From positions 105,659 to 169,658 of the IMG/VR virus record IMGVR_UViG_3300043411_001575: a stretch of 64,000 bases of DNA, one strand, 5' to 3'. Below are positions 1 to 9,116 of the stretch, in pieces. The notes beneath the pieces were generated by a model. It searched no databases. It had not been told where the DNA came from and saw only the letters and a list, made by a program, of their open reading frames with translations. A program made the position numbers and the translations under genes. Position 1 is the first letter of the stretch. Each line of letters begins with the position of its first letter. This stretch comes from a virus.

Positions 1-35
1 AGTACAAAAGCCCACATTGCACAAAGCCGATGTTA
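1..35 (+). repeat. Partial attC-like site H0 (right arm only, cut by window edge)
   Basis: TGTTA at 31-35; GTTAGCCGCAGTA is complementary to TATTGCGGCTAAC at the end of cassette 1. Confidence 0.7.
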
Positions 36-766
36 GCCGCAGTACATTCTATCAGGGTGATTGTCTTGTGGAAATGGATAAGATTTCCGATAAAAGTGTG
101 GATATGATTTTATGTGATTTGCCTTATGGAACAACAGCTTGCAAATGGGATAGTGTCATTCCTTTTGAGCCACTTTGGAAGCAATATGAAAGGATTATAA
201 AAGATAACGGGGCAATAGTTTTGACAGCTTCGCAACCATTTACAACAATATTAATAAGCAGCAATATAAAGTTATTCAGGTATGAATTAATTTGGCAAAA
301 GGATAAGGCAAGTGGGTTTTTAAATGCTAATAAAATACCATTGAAAGCACACGAAAACGTTTTAGTATTTTACAAAAAGTTACCTACATATAATCCGCAA
401 AAAACCATTGGTGGGCTGCAAAGGAAAAGGACAAGGAAAAAACCAACGCATGAGGTTTTAGGTAAAACTGGTGTAAATGAAAAACACGTTATTTGGCAAG
501 ATAACACAAGATACCCTATAAGTGTTTTAGAATTTGATGTAGATACTATTAACCACAGTTTGCACCCTACTCAAAAACCAATAGCATTAATGGAATATTT
601 AATAAAAACCTACACCAACGAAGGAGAAACAGTTTTAGATAACTGTATGGGTTCAGGAACAACTGGTGTGGCTTGTAAAAAAACAGGTAGGCACTTTATC
701 GGAATAGAAAAGGATGAAAAGTATTTTGAAATTGCCGTTAGCAGGGTGTCTGCGTATTGCGGCTAA
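17..766 (+). CDS. N6-adenine/N4-cytosine DNA methyltransferase (beta class), cassette 1; true start probably upstream of window
   Basis: DLPY motif IV, HPTQKP, DNCMGSGTTG motif I; frame open to the window edge; stop codon is the TAA of TAAC. Confidence 0.92.
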   Translation: MHKADVSRSTFYQGDCLVEMDKISDKSVDMILCDLPYGTTACKWDSVIPFEPLWKQYERIIKDNGAIVLTASQPFTTILISSNIKLFRYELIWQKDKASGFLNANKIPLKAHENVLVFYKKLPTYNPQKTIGGLQRKRTRKKPTHEVLGKTGVNEKHVIWQDNTRYPISVLEFDVDTINHSLHPTQKPIALMEYLIKTYTNEGETVLDNCMGSGTTGVACKKTGRHFIGIEKDEKYFEIAVSRVSAYCG

Positions 767-878
767 CGTTTTGCAGATAGGCGTTGTTGCCTCACAAATG
801 ATTGATTGAAACACTAAATTTAATAATATGGGAAATGATAATTTAAAAACGGAAAGCAATAACGCCAATGTGCTGTTA
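764..878 (+). repeat. attC-like hairpin H1
   Basis: TAACG-tttt-GCAGATAGGCGTTGTTGC ... GCAATAACGCCAATGTGC-TGTTA. Confidence 0.85.
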
Positions 879-1169
879 GGTGCTGGGTTTGTTTACTTGG
901 TAGAATGTTCATCAGGAAGTTGGGATAGTTACCATTGGTGGGTTGGAGGAATATTTGAAAAGCAAGAAGATGCTGATAAATATGCACAAAGCTTGAATGA
1001 TGAAAACAAACGATTAAAAGAGGTTGAATGCTCAATAAAAACACCATTTGAAGATATGACTGATGAAGAAGAAACGGAGTATTACAGGTGGTGGAATGGT
1101 AACAATGATGCTATGGAATGGAATGGTGCTAAAGTTAAGCAGTACCCCATAAACAAACCTTGCACCTAA
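828..1169 (+). CDS. Hypothetical protein, cassette 2
   Basis: 113 aa ORF; ATG inside the H1 loop, stop in the next TAAC. Confidence 0.8.
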   Translation: MGNDNLKTESNNANVLLGAGFVYLVECSSGSWDSYHWWVGGIFEKQEDADKYAQSLNDENKRLKEVECSIKTPFEDMTDEEETEYYRWWNGNNDAMEWNGAKVKQYPINKPCT

Positions 1170-1254
1170 CGATTGGGTGTATGAGAAGGTTTGCTTAGAT
1201 GAACTTTTAAATTTACACAGAATTTTATAGCAAACTTTCTTATACACCTTGTTA
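1167..1254 (+). repeat. attC-like hairpin H2
   Basis: GGTGTATGAGAAGGTTTGCT / AGCAAACTTTCTTATACACC arms between TAACG and TGTTA. Confidence 0.85.
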
Positions 1255-1317
1255 TGTACAGGCACGGTAAATTACCGATGAACTTAATTAAATGAACGAA
1301 ACTAATAATTTTTAAAA

Positions 1318-2058
1318 ATGTGGGATGGCAAATATGCTTTTGAAAAAAGCAAAATAATACAAGGAGATAGTTTGGATAAAATAAAATATATACCTAATGG
1401 CAGTATTGACTTAATTGTAACTGACCCACCGTATAAAATGACGAAACAAGGTAATTCTTGCAGACCAAATTATATGAAAAGTGGAATGGGTGAAAACTTA
1501 TTTGATGGTGAATTACCAAATACAAAAGAATGGATGAAACTTTGTTTTGATAAACTAAAAGACGATGCCCATTTCTATGTATTTACCAATATAAATAGTT
1601 TGCACGAATACCTTGATGTTGCAAAAGAATGTGGATTTAAACTACATAATATTATAAGTATGATTAAAGATACCAAAATGCCTAATAGATGGTATTTAAA
1701 ATACACTGAATTTGTATTGTTTTTTAGAAAAGGTAAAGCGTTTCCAATAAACGATATGACAAGTAGAGATTATGAATTTGTTGAAACACCAACATTAAAA
1801 AATGGCAAAATACATATATCACAAAAACCATTGAATTTTATTGAAAAACTAATAACAAATTCATCAAATGAAGGTGAAATATGTTTGGATTTATTTAGTG
1901 GAAGCGGAACACTTGCAGAAGCCTGTATAAATACAAATAGAGATTTCATTATTATAGAGAAAAACCCAAATGACTTTGAAAAAGGCAAAGAAAGGGTGGG
2001 AAAAATTTTTAAAAATTATGGAATTAACATACAACCTTTAATCGAAGCACAAATGTAG
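1318..2058 (+). CDS. N6/N4 DNA methyltransferase, cassette 3
   Basis: TDPPY, HISQKP, DLFSGSGT motifs. Confidence 0.92.
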   Translation: MWDGKYAFEKSKIIQGDSLDKIKYIPNGSIDLIVTDPPYKMTKQGNSCRPNYMKSGMGENLFDGELPNTKEWMKLCFDKLKDDAHFYVFTNINSLHEYLDVAKECGFKLHNIISMIKDTKMPNRWYLKYTEFVLFFRKGKAFPINDMTSRDYEFVETPTLKNGKIHISQKPLNFIEKLITNSSNEGEICLDLFSGSGTLAEACINTNRDFIIIEKNPNDFEKGKERVGKIFKNYGINIQPLIEAQM

Positions 2059-2068
2059 TGCTTGTACA

Positions 2069-2155
2069 TAACGTTTTCGGGCTTGGCGAAGGTGGGCTTG
2101 TAGGATGCTCAATTTTAGCACAATGTGTCTGCCCACTTTTGCCAAACCCGTGTTA
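2069..2155 (+). repeat. attC-like hairpin H3
   Basis: CGGGCTTGGCGAAGGTGGGC / GCCCACTTTTGCCAAACCCG arms. Confidence 0.85.
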
Positions 2156-2252
2156 TATGAAGTGCCGACTTATTAAGCAGAATTTTAAATTGAAACTATA
2201 AACAGAAAAACAAAAAAGAAAAAAAGCGTAGGGAATTTTAAAAACAAACAAT

Positions 2253-2519
2253 ATGGAAAAGAATTTTATTGAAAAAGCAGAAAAAGAAATTGGTAGAAAA
2301 TTTGGTTTTTTCATCAGATGTGATGATAAAAACAAACCAACAGAAGTATTAACCGATATGTACTTTGAACTATGGGAAACAGAAAAGATGAACGAGATTT
2401 TATCTTTATGCGAAACACATAATCTTAAATACGATTTTGGTTTAGAAAGTTTTGATACCAAAATAGATGCTATTGAACAAGAAATATGTATTGTTTCAAC
2501 TAATTGCGAAAATTCATAA
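2253..2519 (+). CDS. Hypothetical protein, cassette 4 gene 1
   Basis: 88 aa ORF with A-rich leader; stop abuts the next ATG. Confidence 0.65.
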   Translation: MEKNFIEKAEKEIGRKFGFFIRCDDKNKPTEVLTDMYFELWETEKMNEILSLCETHNLKYDFGLESFDTKIDAIEQEICIVSTNCENS

Positions 2520-2520
2520 A

Positions 2521-3264
2521 ATGGAAGCAAATACGATTTACAAAGGCGATTGCTTTGAACTTATAAAGCAAATAACAAAAGCAGATAACGTCAAACTTAT
2601 TATTACAGACCCACCATATTTACATAATAAAGGAGGTGGGAAAACATCGGGAACAGAGGGTAAAAGTTCAATAGCTAATAGCCCTATGTATAAATTCGAT
2701 TCATTTATGATGGAAGATATGAGTTCTTTTTTAGAGGAAGATGTTTATAATCTATTAGATGAATATAAAAGAATAATGACAAAATTAAACTGCTTTATAT
2801 TTACTAATGACACTTTGATACCGTATTATACAATGTGGGCAGTTAAAAACAATAAAAAGTTTACAATTTTAACTTGGGAAAAACCATTGTCGATTTTAAA
2901 CAGAAATAGATTTAGTCAGAATTTAGAATATGTTGTGAGGATTTACGACAATGGAACTGCACTTAATTTAATAGATTTAGAAGCATATCCCGAAAAGAAA
3001 AACTACTACTCAAAAAACAGAAGGTTAAATTCGCCTACAAATAAGATACACCCAACCCAAAAACCATTAGAATATCTACTTGGATTGATTGAGTTAAATA
3101 CAAATGAAGGCGATTTAGTATTAGATACGTTTTTTGGTAGTGGACAAACAGGTAAGGCTTGTCAGATTTTAAATAGAAATTATATCGGTTTTGAAAGAGA
3201 AGAAAAGTATGTTGAATTATCAAATAAATATTTACAACAAGGATTTGAAAAAACACTATTTTAA
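2521..3264 (+). CDS. N6/N4 DNA methyltransferase, cassette 4 gene 2
   Basis: TDPPY, HPTQKP, DTFFGSGQTG; start MEANTIY chosen at 2521 (ORF track starts at 2467). Confidence 0.9.
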   Translation: MEANTIYKGDCFELIKQITKADNVKLIITDPPYLHNKGGGKTSGTEGKSSIANSPMYKFDSFMMEDMSSFLEEDVYNLLDEYKRIMTKLNCFIFTNDTLIPYYTMWAVKNNKKFTILTWEKPLSILNRNRFSQNLEYVVRIYDNGTALNLIDLEAYPEKKNYYSKNRRLNSPTNKIHPTQKPLEYLLGLIELNTNEGDLVLDTFFGSGQTGKACQILNRNYIGFEREEKYVELSNKYLQQGFEKTLF

Positions 3265-3339
3265 AAGTGTGGTGGCTTTTTTCTTTTTGTTTTTCATTAA
3301 CGGAACTTCAATTGGAAACGGTCAGCAAGGCATTTCATA

Positions 3340-3459
3340 TAACGTTCGAGGGCTTGGCGAAGTGGCTGAACCTGAAGCTAAATAGAATTACTAAACTTAA
3401 AAATTAAGAACGAATGATTGATATAATTACTGAACAGCCATTTTGCCAAACCCGTGTTA
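3340..3459 (+). repeat. attC-like hairpin H4
   Basis: GGGCTTGGCGAAGTGGCTG / CAGCCATTTTGCCAAACCC arms; near-identical to H5, with the same arms as H12. Confidence 0.85.
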
Positions 3460-4223
3460 GTGGCAGTACTTTTGTGAATGCTGATTGCTTTGATGTTTTT
3501 CCTTTTATCGAGGATAAATCAATTGATGCTATTATTTGCGATTTGCCCTATGGAACAACTCAATGTAAATGGGATAGCATTATTAATTTAGATTTGATGT
3601 GGACGCAATACAACAGAATAATAAAAGATAACGGCATTTTTATATTATTTGCAGATGAGCCTTTTACAAGCATATTAATAAATAGTAACATTAAAAATTT
3701 TAAGCAAAGAATAACTTGGGATAAACAAATAGCAGGAGGTCATTTAAACGCTAAAAAAATGCTATTGAAAAGAACTGAGGATATATGCTTATTTTCAAAT
3801 GTTAAAAATGGAAAATATACATACAATCCTATTTTAAAAGATAAGGATTTTAAAAACATAAGAGATAGAAACGGAGAAAACAGAAAAGAGTTTAAAGGCG
3901 GTTATGTAGGGAAACACAATAGTACGTTGAGTAAAGAGCATAACAATAAAAAAAGTTACCCAGATAATTTAATTTCCTTTTCAGCAAGAAAAGGCGATTG
4001 TAACCCTATAAATAGATTACACCCAACACAAAAACCACTTGAATTGATGGAATATCTTATAAAAACCTATACTAATGAGGGCGATTTGGTTTTAGATAAC
4101 ACAATGGGTTCTGGAACAACAATTTTAGCTGCTATAAAAAATAATAGAATTGGTATAGGAATTGAAAAGGAAAAACAATATTATGATGTCGCTGTTCGTA
4201 GGGCTTCGGAGTATTGCCACTAA
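3414..4223 (+). CDS. N6/N4 DNA methyltransferase, cassette 5
   Basis: DLPY, HPTQKP, DNTMGSGTT; ATG in H4 loop. Confidence 0.92.
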   Translation: MIDIITEQPFCQTRVSGSTFVNADCFDVFPFIEDKSIDAIICDLPYGTTQCKWDSIINLDLMWTQYNRIIKDNGIFILFADEPFTSILINSNIKNFKQRITWDKQIAGGHLNAKKMLLKRTEDICLFSNVKNGKYTYNPILKDKDFKNIRDRNGENRKEFKGGYVGKHNSTLSKEHNNKKSYPDNLISFSARKGDCNPINRLHPTQKPLELMEYLIKTYTNEGDLVLDNTMGSGTTILAAIKNNRIGIGIEKEKQYYDVAVRRASEYCH

Positions 4224-4340
4224 CGTTATCGGGCTTGGCGAAGTGGCTGAACCCGAAGCTAAATAGAATTACTAAACTTAAAAATTAAAAACGAATGTCA
4301 AATAGAATTACAGAACAGCCATTTTGCCAAACCAGTGTTA
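4221..4340 (+). repeat. attC-like hairpin H5
   Basis: Same arm family as H4. Confidence 0.85.
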
Positions 4341-5053
4341 GTGGCAGTACTTTTGTAAATGCTGATTGCTTTGATGTTTTTCCTTTTATTGAGGACAAAT
4401 CAATTGATGCTATTATTTGCGATTTGCCTTATGGAACTACTGCTTGTAAGTGGGATACAATTATACCATTTGAGCCGCTATGGGAGCAGTACAAGCGAGT
4501 GATTAAACCTAATGGTGCGATAGTGCTGTTTAGCAAAGAGCCATTTACGTGCATATTGAGAACAAGTGAAATTAAAATTTTTAAGCAACCTCTTATTTGG
4601 GATAAGGTTAATTCAGATAACCCTATGCAGGCAAAAAGAAGACATCTAAACACTACGGAGGATATTTCTATCTTTTACAAATCTCAATGTACTTATAACC
4701 CACAAGGTCTTATAAAGTCAAATATAAAAAAGGGAGGGAAGCAAGGGATAATGATTGATAGTAGTGGTAAGGAAAAAGAACAATATATTCAAGAGAATAC
4801 CAATTATCCGAAAAATATATTAGTGTACCCGATAGAAAGAAAGGCGGTTCATCCAACTCAAAAACCCGAAGCACTCCTGCAATACTTAGTCAAAACCTAC
4901 ACTAACGAAGGCGATATAGTCTTAGATAACTGTATGGGTTCAGGTACAACAAATCTTGCTTGTTTAAAATTAAATCGCAAATCAATTGGAATAGAAAAGG
5001 AAAAACAATATTACGATGTCGCTGTTCGTAGGGCTTCTGAGTATTGCCACTAA
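4295..5053 (+). CDS. N6/N4 DNA methyltransferase, cassette 6 (paralog of cassette 5)
   Basis: DLPY, HPTQKP, DNCMGSGTT; ATG in H5 loop; ends near-identical to cassette 5. Confidence 0.92.
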   Translation: MSNRITEQPFCQTSVSGSTFVNADCFDVFPFIEDKSIDAIICDLPYGTTACKWDTIIPFEPLWEQYKRVIKPNGAIVLFSKEPFTCILRTSEIKIFKQPLIWDKVNSDNPMQAKRRHLNTTEDISIFYKSQCTYNPQGLIKSNIKKGGKQGIMIDSSGKEKEQYIQENTNYPKNILVYPIERKAVHPTQKPEALLQYLVKTYTNEGDIVLDNCMGSGTTNLACLKLNRKSIGIEKEKQYYDVAVRRASEYCH

Positions 5054-5107
5054 CGGTATCCGTATAAGGGAAGTGCGAGGAACGAGCATTTACTTTATAC
5101 GGTGTTA
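5051..5107 (+). repeat. attC-like hairpin H6 (shortest, 57 bp)
   Basis: CCGTATAAGGGAAGTGC / GCATTTACTTTATACGG arms. Confidence 0.85.
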
Positions 5108-5198
5108 GCAAAGTGCGTTGGGATTGTGTGTCGGCTCGTTCCAAAACCATTTATTTTCTTTTTTTTGGGGAGGTTTTGAAAACTTTTTTACTAAAATA

Positions 5199-5229
5199 CT
5201 TGCTAAATGACAATTTATATTTATCTTTG
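5199..5229 (+). promoter_or_regulatory. Bacteroidota sigma70-type promoter inside cassette 7
   Basis: TTG at 5200-5202, 19 nt spacer, TATCTTTG at 5222-5229 (TAnnTTTG -7 consensus). Confidence 0.65.
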
Positions 5230-5260
5230 AACCATATTAATAATCTAAAAACAAAACAAA

Positions 5261-5572
5261 ATGATTTACAAAAAAACACACTATGATAAAAAGGCTTTAA
5301 ACAGCCACGTTTCAAAAATAAAAGATGCAGGAGGAAATGCAATAGTAGATGGATTATCGGTTAGATATTTCTATCCATCCAATACCATTGGTGAAATTAG
5401 ATTAAAGCATAAGAGTTGGAAGAAAACAGAAAGACAAGAAGTTTTGTTTATTGTTTTAGTTTCTGAAAAAGATAAAACGCCATACTATTCAGCAATGTAT
5501 TTCCCGAAATGGGTTGAAATAGGAGGTGTTTATGGAAACAAAAATGACATAACAATAATCGAAAAGTTTTAA
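5261..5572 (+). CDS. Hypothetical protein, cassette 7 gene 1
   Basis: 103 aa ORF downstream of the promoter, A-rich leader. Confidence 0.75.
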   Translation: MIYKKTHYDKKALNSHVSKIKDAGGNAIVDGLSVRYFYPSNTIGEIRLKHKSWKKTERQEVLFIVLVSEKDKTPYYSAMYFPKWVEIGGVYGNKNDITIIEKF

Positions 5573-5574
5573 CT

Positions 5575-5730
5575 ATGAAACTGTCTGTAACAGAATATGC
5601 AAAACAGCTTGGCGTAACTCGTCAAGCCGTTTTGTTACAAATTAAAGAAAAAAGGTTGCCTAAAAATGTGAAGGTTGAAAAAATCGGAAATACTTATTCT
5701 TTAACTGTGGGTGGGCAAAAAAGAAAATAA
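5575..5730 (+). CDS. Small helix-turn-helix DNA-binding protein (excisionase/MerR-like), cassette 7 gene 2
   Basis: Read by hand, absent from the ORF track: MKLSVTEYAKQLGVTRQAVLLQIKEKRLPKNVKVEKIGNTYSLTVGGQKRK (51 aa). Confidence 0.7.
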   Translation: MKLSVTEYAKQLGVTRQAVLLQIKEKRLPKNVKVEKIGNTYSLTVGGQKRK

Positions 5731-5749
5731 ATGGTTTTGGAATGTTTGC

Positions 5750-5839
5750 TAACGTATGGTGCTATGAGCAGGTTTGCCTTGCAGAAATGTTCAAATTTAG
5801 CACTAATGTTATTGGCAAACTTGCTTATAGCACGTGTTA
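5750..5839 (+). repeat. attC-like hairpin H7
   Basis: GTGCTATGAGCAGGTTTGCC / GGCAAACTTGCTTATAGCAC arms. Confidence 0.85.
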
Positions 5840-5875
5840 GCGGTAGTTTATTTTTCAAAAATTAAAATTAAAAAT

Positions 5876-6334
5876 ATGGGAACACAAGTAGTAGGAGAAA
5901 GTAACAGCGTTGAGTATAGCACTCCGTTGAAAATAGTACAGCCATTGATAAACGAATTTGGCTTAACAAGAGATGTTTGTGCAAGTGAATTAAACCACAA
6001 ACTACCCGATTATTGGACAAAAGAAGATAATTCACTTGCTATGAATTGGAAAGGTAATTGTTGGATGAACCCACCATTTAGCAGAGATTTGAATAAGTGG
6101 GTAAAGAAAGCGTGTAATGATGCTGAAAGGTTTGGAGGAACGAAAGTTTGTTTAATACCTGTAAGAAGCAATACAAAATGGTGGGCGGAAGTTTGTGTAA
6201 AAGCAGAAATTCGTTTTATCAATGGCGAAGTAAATTTTAATGATGAAGAACGTGGACTTTGGTTGCCGATGTGTATTATCATTTTCGGTGAGAAGGCAAA
6301 GGTTGGCACGTTCTCTGTCTTAAATTACCGCTAA
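5876..6334 (+). CDS. Phage-type DNA N6-adenine methyltransferase (Dam family), cassette 8
   Basis: STP, DVCAS, WMNPPF, LIPVRSNTKWW, IRFINGEVNF motifs; start at MGTQ. Confidence 0.88.
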   Translation: MGTQVVGESNSVEYSTPLKIVQPLINEFGLTRDVCASELNHKLPDYWTKEDNSLAMNWKGNCWMNPPFSRDLNKWVKKACNDAERFGGTKVCLIPVRSNTKWWAEVCVKAEIRFINGEVNFNDEERGLWLPMCIIIFGEKAKVGTFSVLNYR

Positions 6335-6404
6335 CGTTTTGCAGCTAACAGAAGGCGGCTTTTTAGCAAACTTAGTACTTGCCGCTTTTTGTTAGCTGCT
6401 GTTA
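6332..6404 (+). repeat. attC-like hairpin H8
   Basis: GCAGCTAACAGAAGGCGGC / GCCGCTTTTTGTTAGCTGC arms. Confidence 0.85.
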
Positions 6405-6462
6405 GTGGACTGTTAAATTATTAAAAAAGAAAAAAGGAGGGGTGCGAGGGCATCTAAACATA

Positions 6463-7299
6463 ATGGACAAGAAGAAACTTTTAATTGCTTTTAGTGGTGG
6501 AGAAACATCTGCATTTATGGCTCAATGGTTATGGAAACATAAACAAGGTGAATACGAAATGTTATTTGCTTTTGCTAATACTGGGGTTGAGAATGAAGAA
6601 ACTTTAAACTTTGTGCATAAATGCGAAGTTGAATTTGGTATAAATGTTAATTGGTTGGAAGCAGTAATAGACCAAGAGAAAGGGAAAGGCACAAGGCATA
6701 AGATTGTTGATTACAAAACAGCAAGTAGAAACGGACAACCATTTGAGGAACTGATAAAGAAATACGGTTTACCAAACCAACAGCGATTTCACTGCACAAG
6801 GGAGTTAAAAAATAATACATTGATTTCATTTGCAAAAAGTATTTGGGGAAAGGAAAAGTATTATTTAGCAATAGGAATTAGAGTAGATGAATTTGATAGG
6901 ATGAATGATAAATTTAAAGAGTTGAGAATTGTTTATCCGTTAATTTCAGAAATTCCAATGACAAAGCCAAAGATTAATTTTTGGTGGAAACAACAACCGT
7001 TTAGATTAGAATTAAAAGGTTATCAAGGGAATTGTGTTACTTGCTACAAAAAAAGTGATAAAAAATTGTTTCAGATAGCTAAAGAAAATCCAAGTGCATT
7101 TGATTTCTTTGATAGAATGGAAGAACAATATGGAGAAGGTAAGTATCAATTTTTTAGGCAGAACCGAACAGCTAAACAAATTATGGAACAAGCTAAAGAA
7201 TGGAATGGCAATGTAACCGATGACGCACAAAATGTTACAATACAAACAGATTTATTTAGCGAAAGTTGTGAAGCATTTACAAGCGATTGCGGTGTTTAA
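6463..7299 (+). CDS. PAPS-reductase-like / adenine nucleotide alpha-hydrolase family protein, cassette 9
   Basis: FSGGETS PP-loop, FANTGxE, CTRELK, IGIRxDE, YPL, GNCxxC motifs. Confidence 0.85.
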   Translation: MDKKKLLIAFSGGETSAFMAQWLWKHKQGEYEMLFAFANTGVENEETLNFVHKCEVEFGINVNWLEAVIDQEKGKGTRHKIVDYKTASRNGQPFEELIKKYGLPNQQRFHCTRELKNNTLISFAKSIWGKEKYYLAIGIRVDEFDRMNDKFKELRIVYPLISEIPMTKPKINFWWKQQPFRLELKGYQGNCVTCYKKSDKKLFQIAKENPSAFDFFDRMEEQYGEGKYQFFRQNRTAKQIMEQAKEWNGNVTDDAQNVTIQTDLFSESCEAFTSDCGV

Positions 7300-7368
7300 C
7301 CTTTTCACAGTTTTGAAAAAACTGAAAGAGTGCGTGGGCTTTTTCTTTTTTAATAATTTAATTGCCAC

Positions 7369-7494
7369 TAACGGTTCGCAGGTATATTTAGTTGCGGACT
7401 TAGTAACACAAAACTTTAAATTTAGAAGAAATGAAGAAAGAAGAACAAAACTCGAATGAACCACAAAAACCGCAATTGAATATACCTGCTGTTA
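7369..7494 (+). repeat. attC-like hairpin H9
   Basis: GCAGGTATATTTAGTTGCGG / CCGCAATTGAATATACCTGC arms. Confidence 0.85.
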
Positions 7495-7787
7495 GTTGCA
7501 GTGTTGTTCATTGCAAGAAAGCACCTTATGATGTTTATATTGGAAGACCAAGCAAATGGGGTAATCCATTCACACACATAAAAGACGGTAAAACACTTGC
7601 AAAACATATTGTAGGTAGTAGAGATGAAGCAGTCGAAGCATATCTTGAATGGATTACCAACGGAGAAGGTAAACATTTGATGAGTGATTTACACGAATTG
7701 AAAGATAAGGTGCTTGGTTGTTGGTGTCATCCACAATCTTGTCACGGAGATGTACTTTCGGAGTTGGTTGCTAAACATTGCAACTAA
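7431..7787 (+). CDS. DUF4326-like protein, cassette 10
   Basis: VYIGRPSKWGNPF and LGCWCHPQSCHGDVL motifs; ATG in H9 loop. Confidence 0.85.
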   Translation: MKKEEQNSNEPQKPQLNIPAVSCSVVHCKKAPYDVYIGRPSKWGNPFTHIKDGKTLAKHIVGSRDEAVEAYLEWITNGEGKHLMSDLHELKDKVLGCWCHPQSCHGDVLSELVAKHCN

Positions 7788-7909
7788 CGTTTTGCAGGTA
7801 TATTTAGTGCCGAATTTAAAAACGAAAAATATGAATTTTATACAAAAGTTATTTAAAAGCAGAAAGGTTAATGAACCGATGAACTCGGCATTGAATATAC
7901 CTGTTGTTA
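7785..7909 (+). repeat. attC-like hairpin H10
   Basis: GCAGGTATATTTAGTGCCGA / TCGGCATTGAATATACCTGT arms. Confidence 0.85.
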
Positions 7910-8133
7910 TACCTCGTTTATCTTCTGATTGGATAAAATTTGAGGATGAAAAACCACCACACGAAGTAGTATTAGCTGCTTGCGATACTTATGATTGTGG
8001 ATGGACTATGGATACTGTTTGGTGGTATGAAGATAAGCAATGTTGGATGGTTACTGGTGCAGTTAAAAGTACAGAAGCACATTTACCATACACACATTGG
8101 CGTAAATTACCACCATTTCCAAATGAGGTATAA
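7831..8133 (+). CDS. DUF551-like phage protein, cassette 11
   Basis: WIKFEDEKP...THWRKLPPFP pattern; ATG at 7831 in H10 loop. Confidence 0.7.
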   Translation: MNFIQKLFKSRKVNEPMNSALNIPVVIPRLSSDWIKFEDEKPPHEVVLAACDTYDCGWTMDTVWWYEDKQCWMVTGAVKSTEAHLPYTHWRKLPPFPNEV

Positions 8134-8256
8134 CGTATTGGTGCTATACGAAGGAGGCGATTATTAGCACTAAATTTGATGCGGAGTACAAATGTTTGTT
8201 TAACCACAAATGTTTCTGCGGAGTACCAAACCGCCTCTTTTGTATAGCACGTGTTA
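8131..8256 (+). repeat. attC-like hairpin H11
   Basis: GTGCTATACGAAGGAGGCG / CGCCTCTTTTGTATAGCAC arms; TGCGGAGTAC occurs twice in the loop. Confidence 0.85.
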
Positions 8257-8320
8257 TACGCTGGCACGGTTGATTAAACGAGAAACTTAAATTGAAACAC
8301 AAAACAAAATTTTTATTAAA

Positions 8321-9106
8321 ATGAGCGAGGGCAAAAAAGAAATATTATTAGGAGATTGTTTGGAACTTATGAAGGATATACCAAACGGAAGTATTGATAT
8401 GATACTTTGTGATTTACCATACGGAACAACTGCTTGTAAATGGGATAGTGTAATACCTTTTGAACCACTTTGGAAAGAATATGAAAGGATTATAAAGACC
8501 AATGGTGCTATTTTATTGTTTGGAACACAACCATTCACAACAGAACTAATATTGAGCAATAGAAAATTGTTTAAGTATGATATGGTTTGGTGCAAAGACA
8601 AACCTGCTGACTTCGGAAATGGCAATATAAAACCATTAAGATACCACGAAACAATTTGTGTATTTTATACCAAAACGCCAACATACAATAAGCAATTTGA
8701 AAGCAGAAAAGGAACTGGCTATTCAAGGGCTAAATATCCTGTAAATTACATAAACAATTCAGAGCATAAATTTGGAATGAAAGATGGTTCTTTTGATTAT
8801 GCAAATAAAGACAGAATGATTGGAACTGTAATAGATATTACAACTGGTGCAAGAGGTAGCATAAAACACCCAACAGTAAAGCCCGTTCCTTTATTTGAAC
8901 ATTTAATCAAAACATATACCAACGAAGGTGAATTGGTTTTAGATAATACAGCAGGAAGCGGAACAACTGCAATTGCTTGTTTGAATACTAAAAGGCAATT
9001 TATAGTAATGGAAAAAGAACAAAAGTATTACGATATGATTTTAAAAAGGGTGGGAGATTTTAATAAAAATTTTGAACCGCAAACTCTCTTTGGAAACGAA
9101 ATGTAG
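8321..9106 (+). CDS. N6/N4 DNA methyltransferase, cassette 12
   Basis: DLPY, HPTVKP, DNTAGSGTT. Confidence 0.92.
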   Translation: MSEGKKEILLGDCLELMKDIPNGSIDMILCDLPYGTTACKWDSVIPFEPLWKEYERIIKTNGAILLFGTQPFTTELILSNRKLFKYDMVWCKDKPADFGNGNIKPLRYHETICVFYTKTPTYNKQFESRKGTGYSRAKYPVNYINNSEHKFGMKDGSFDYANKDRMIGTVIDITTGARGSIKHPTVKPVPLFEHLIKTYTNEGELVLDNTAGSGTTAIACLNTKRQFIVMEKEQKYYDMILKRVGDFNKNFEPQTLFGNEM

Positions 9107-9116
9107 TGCTTGCGTA

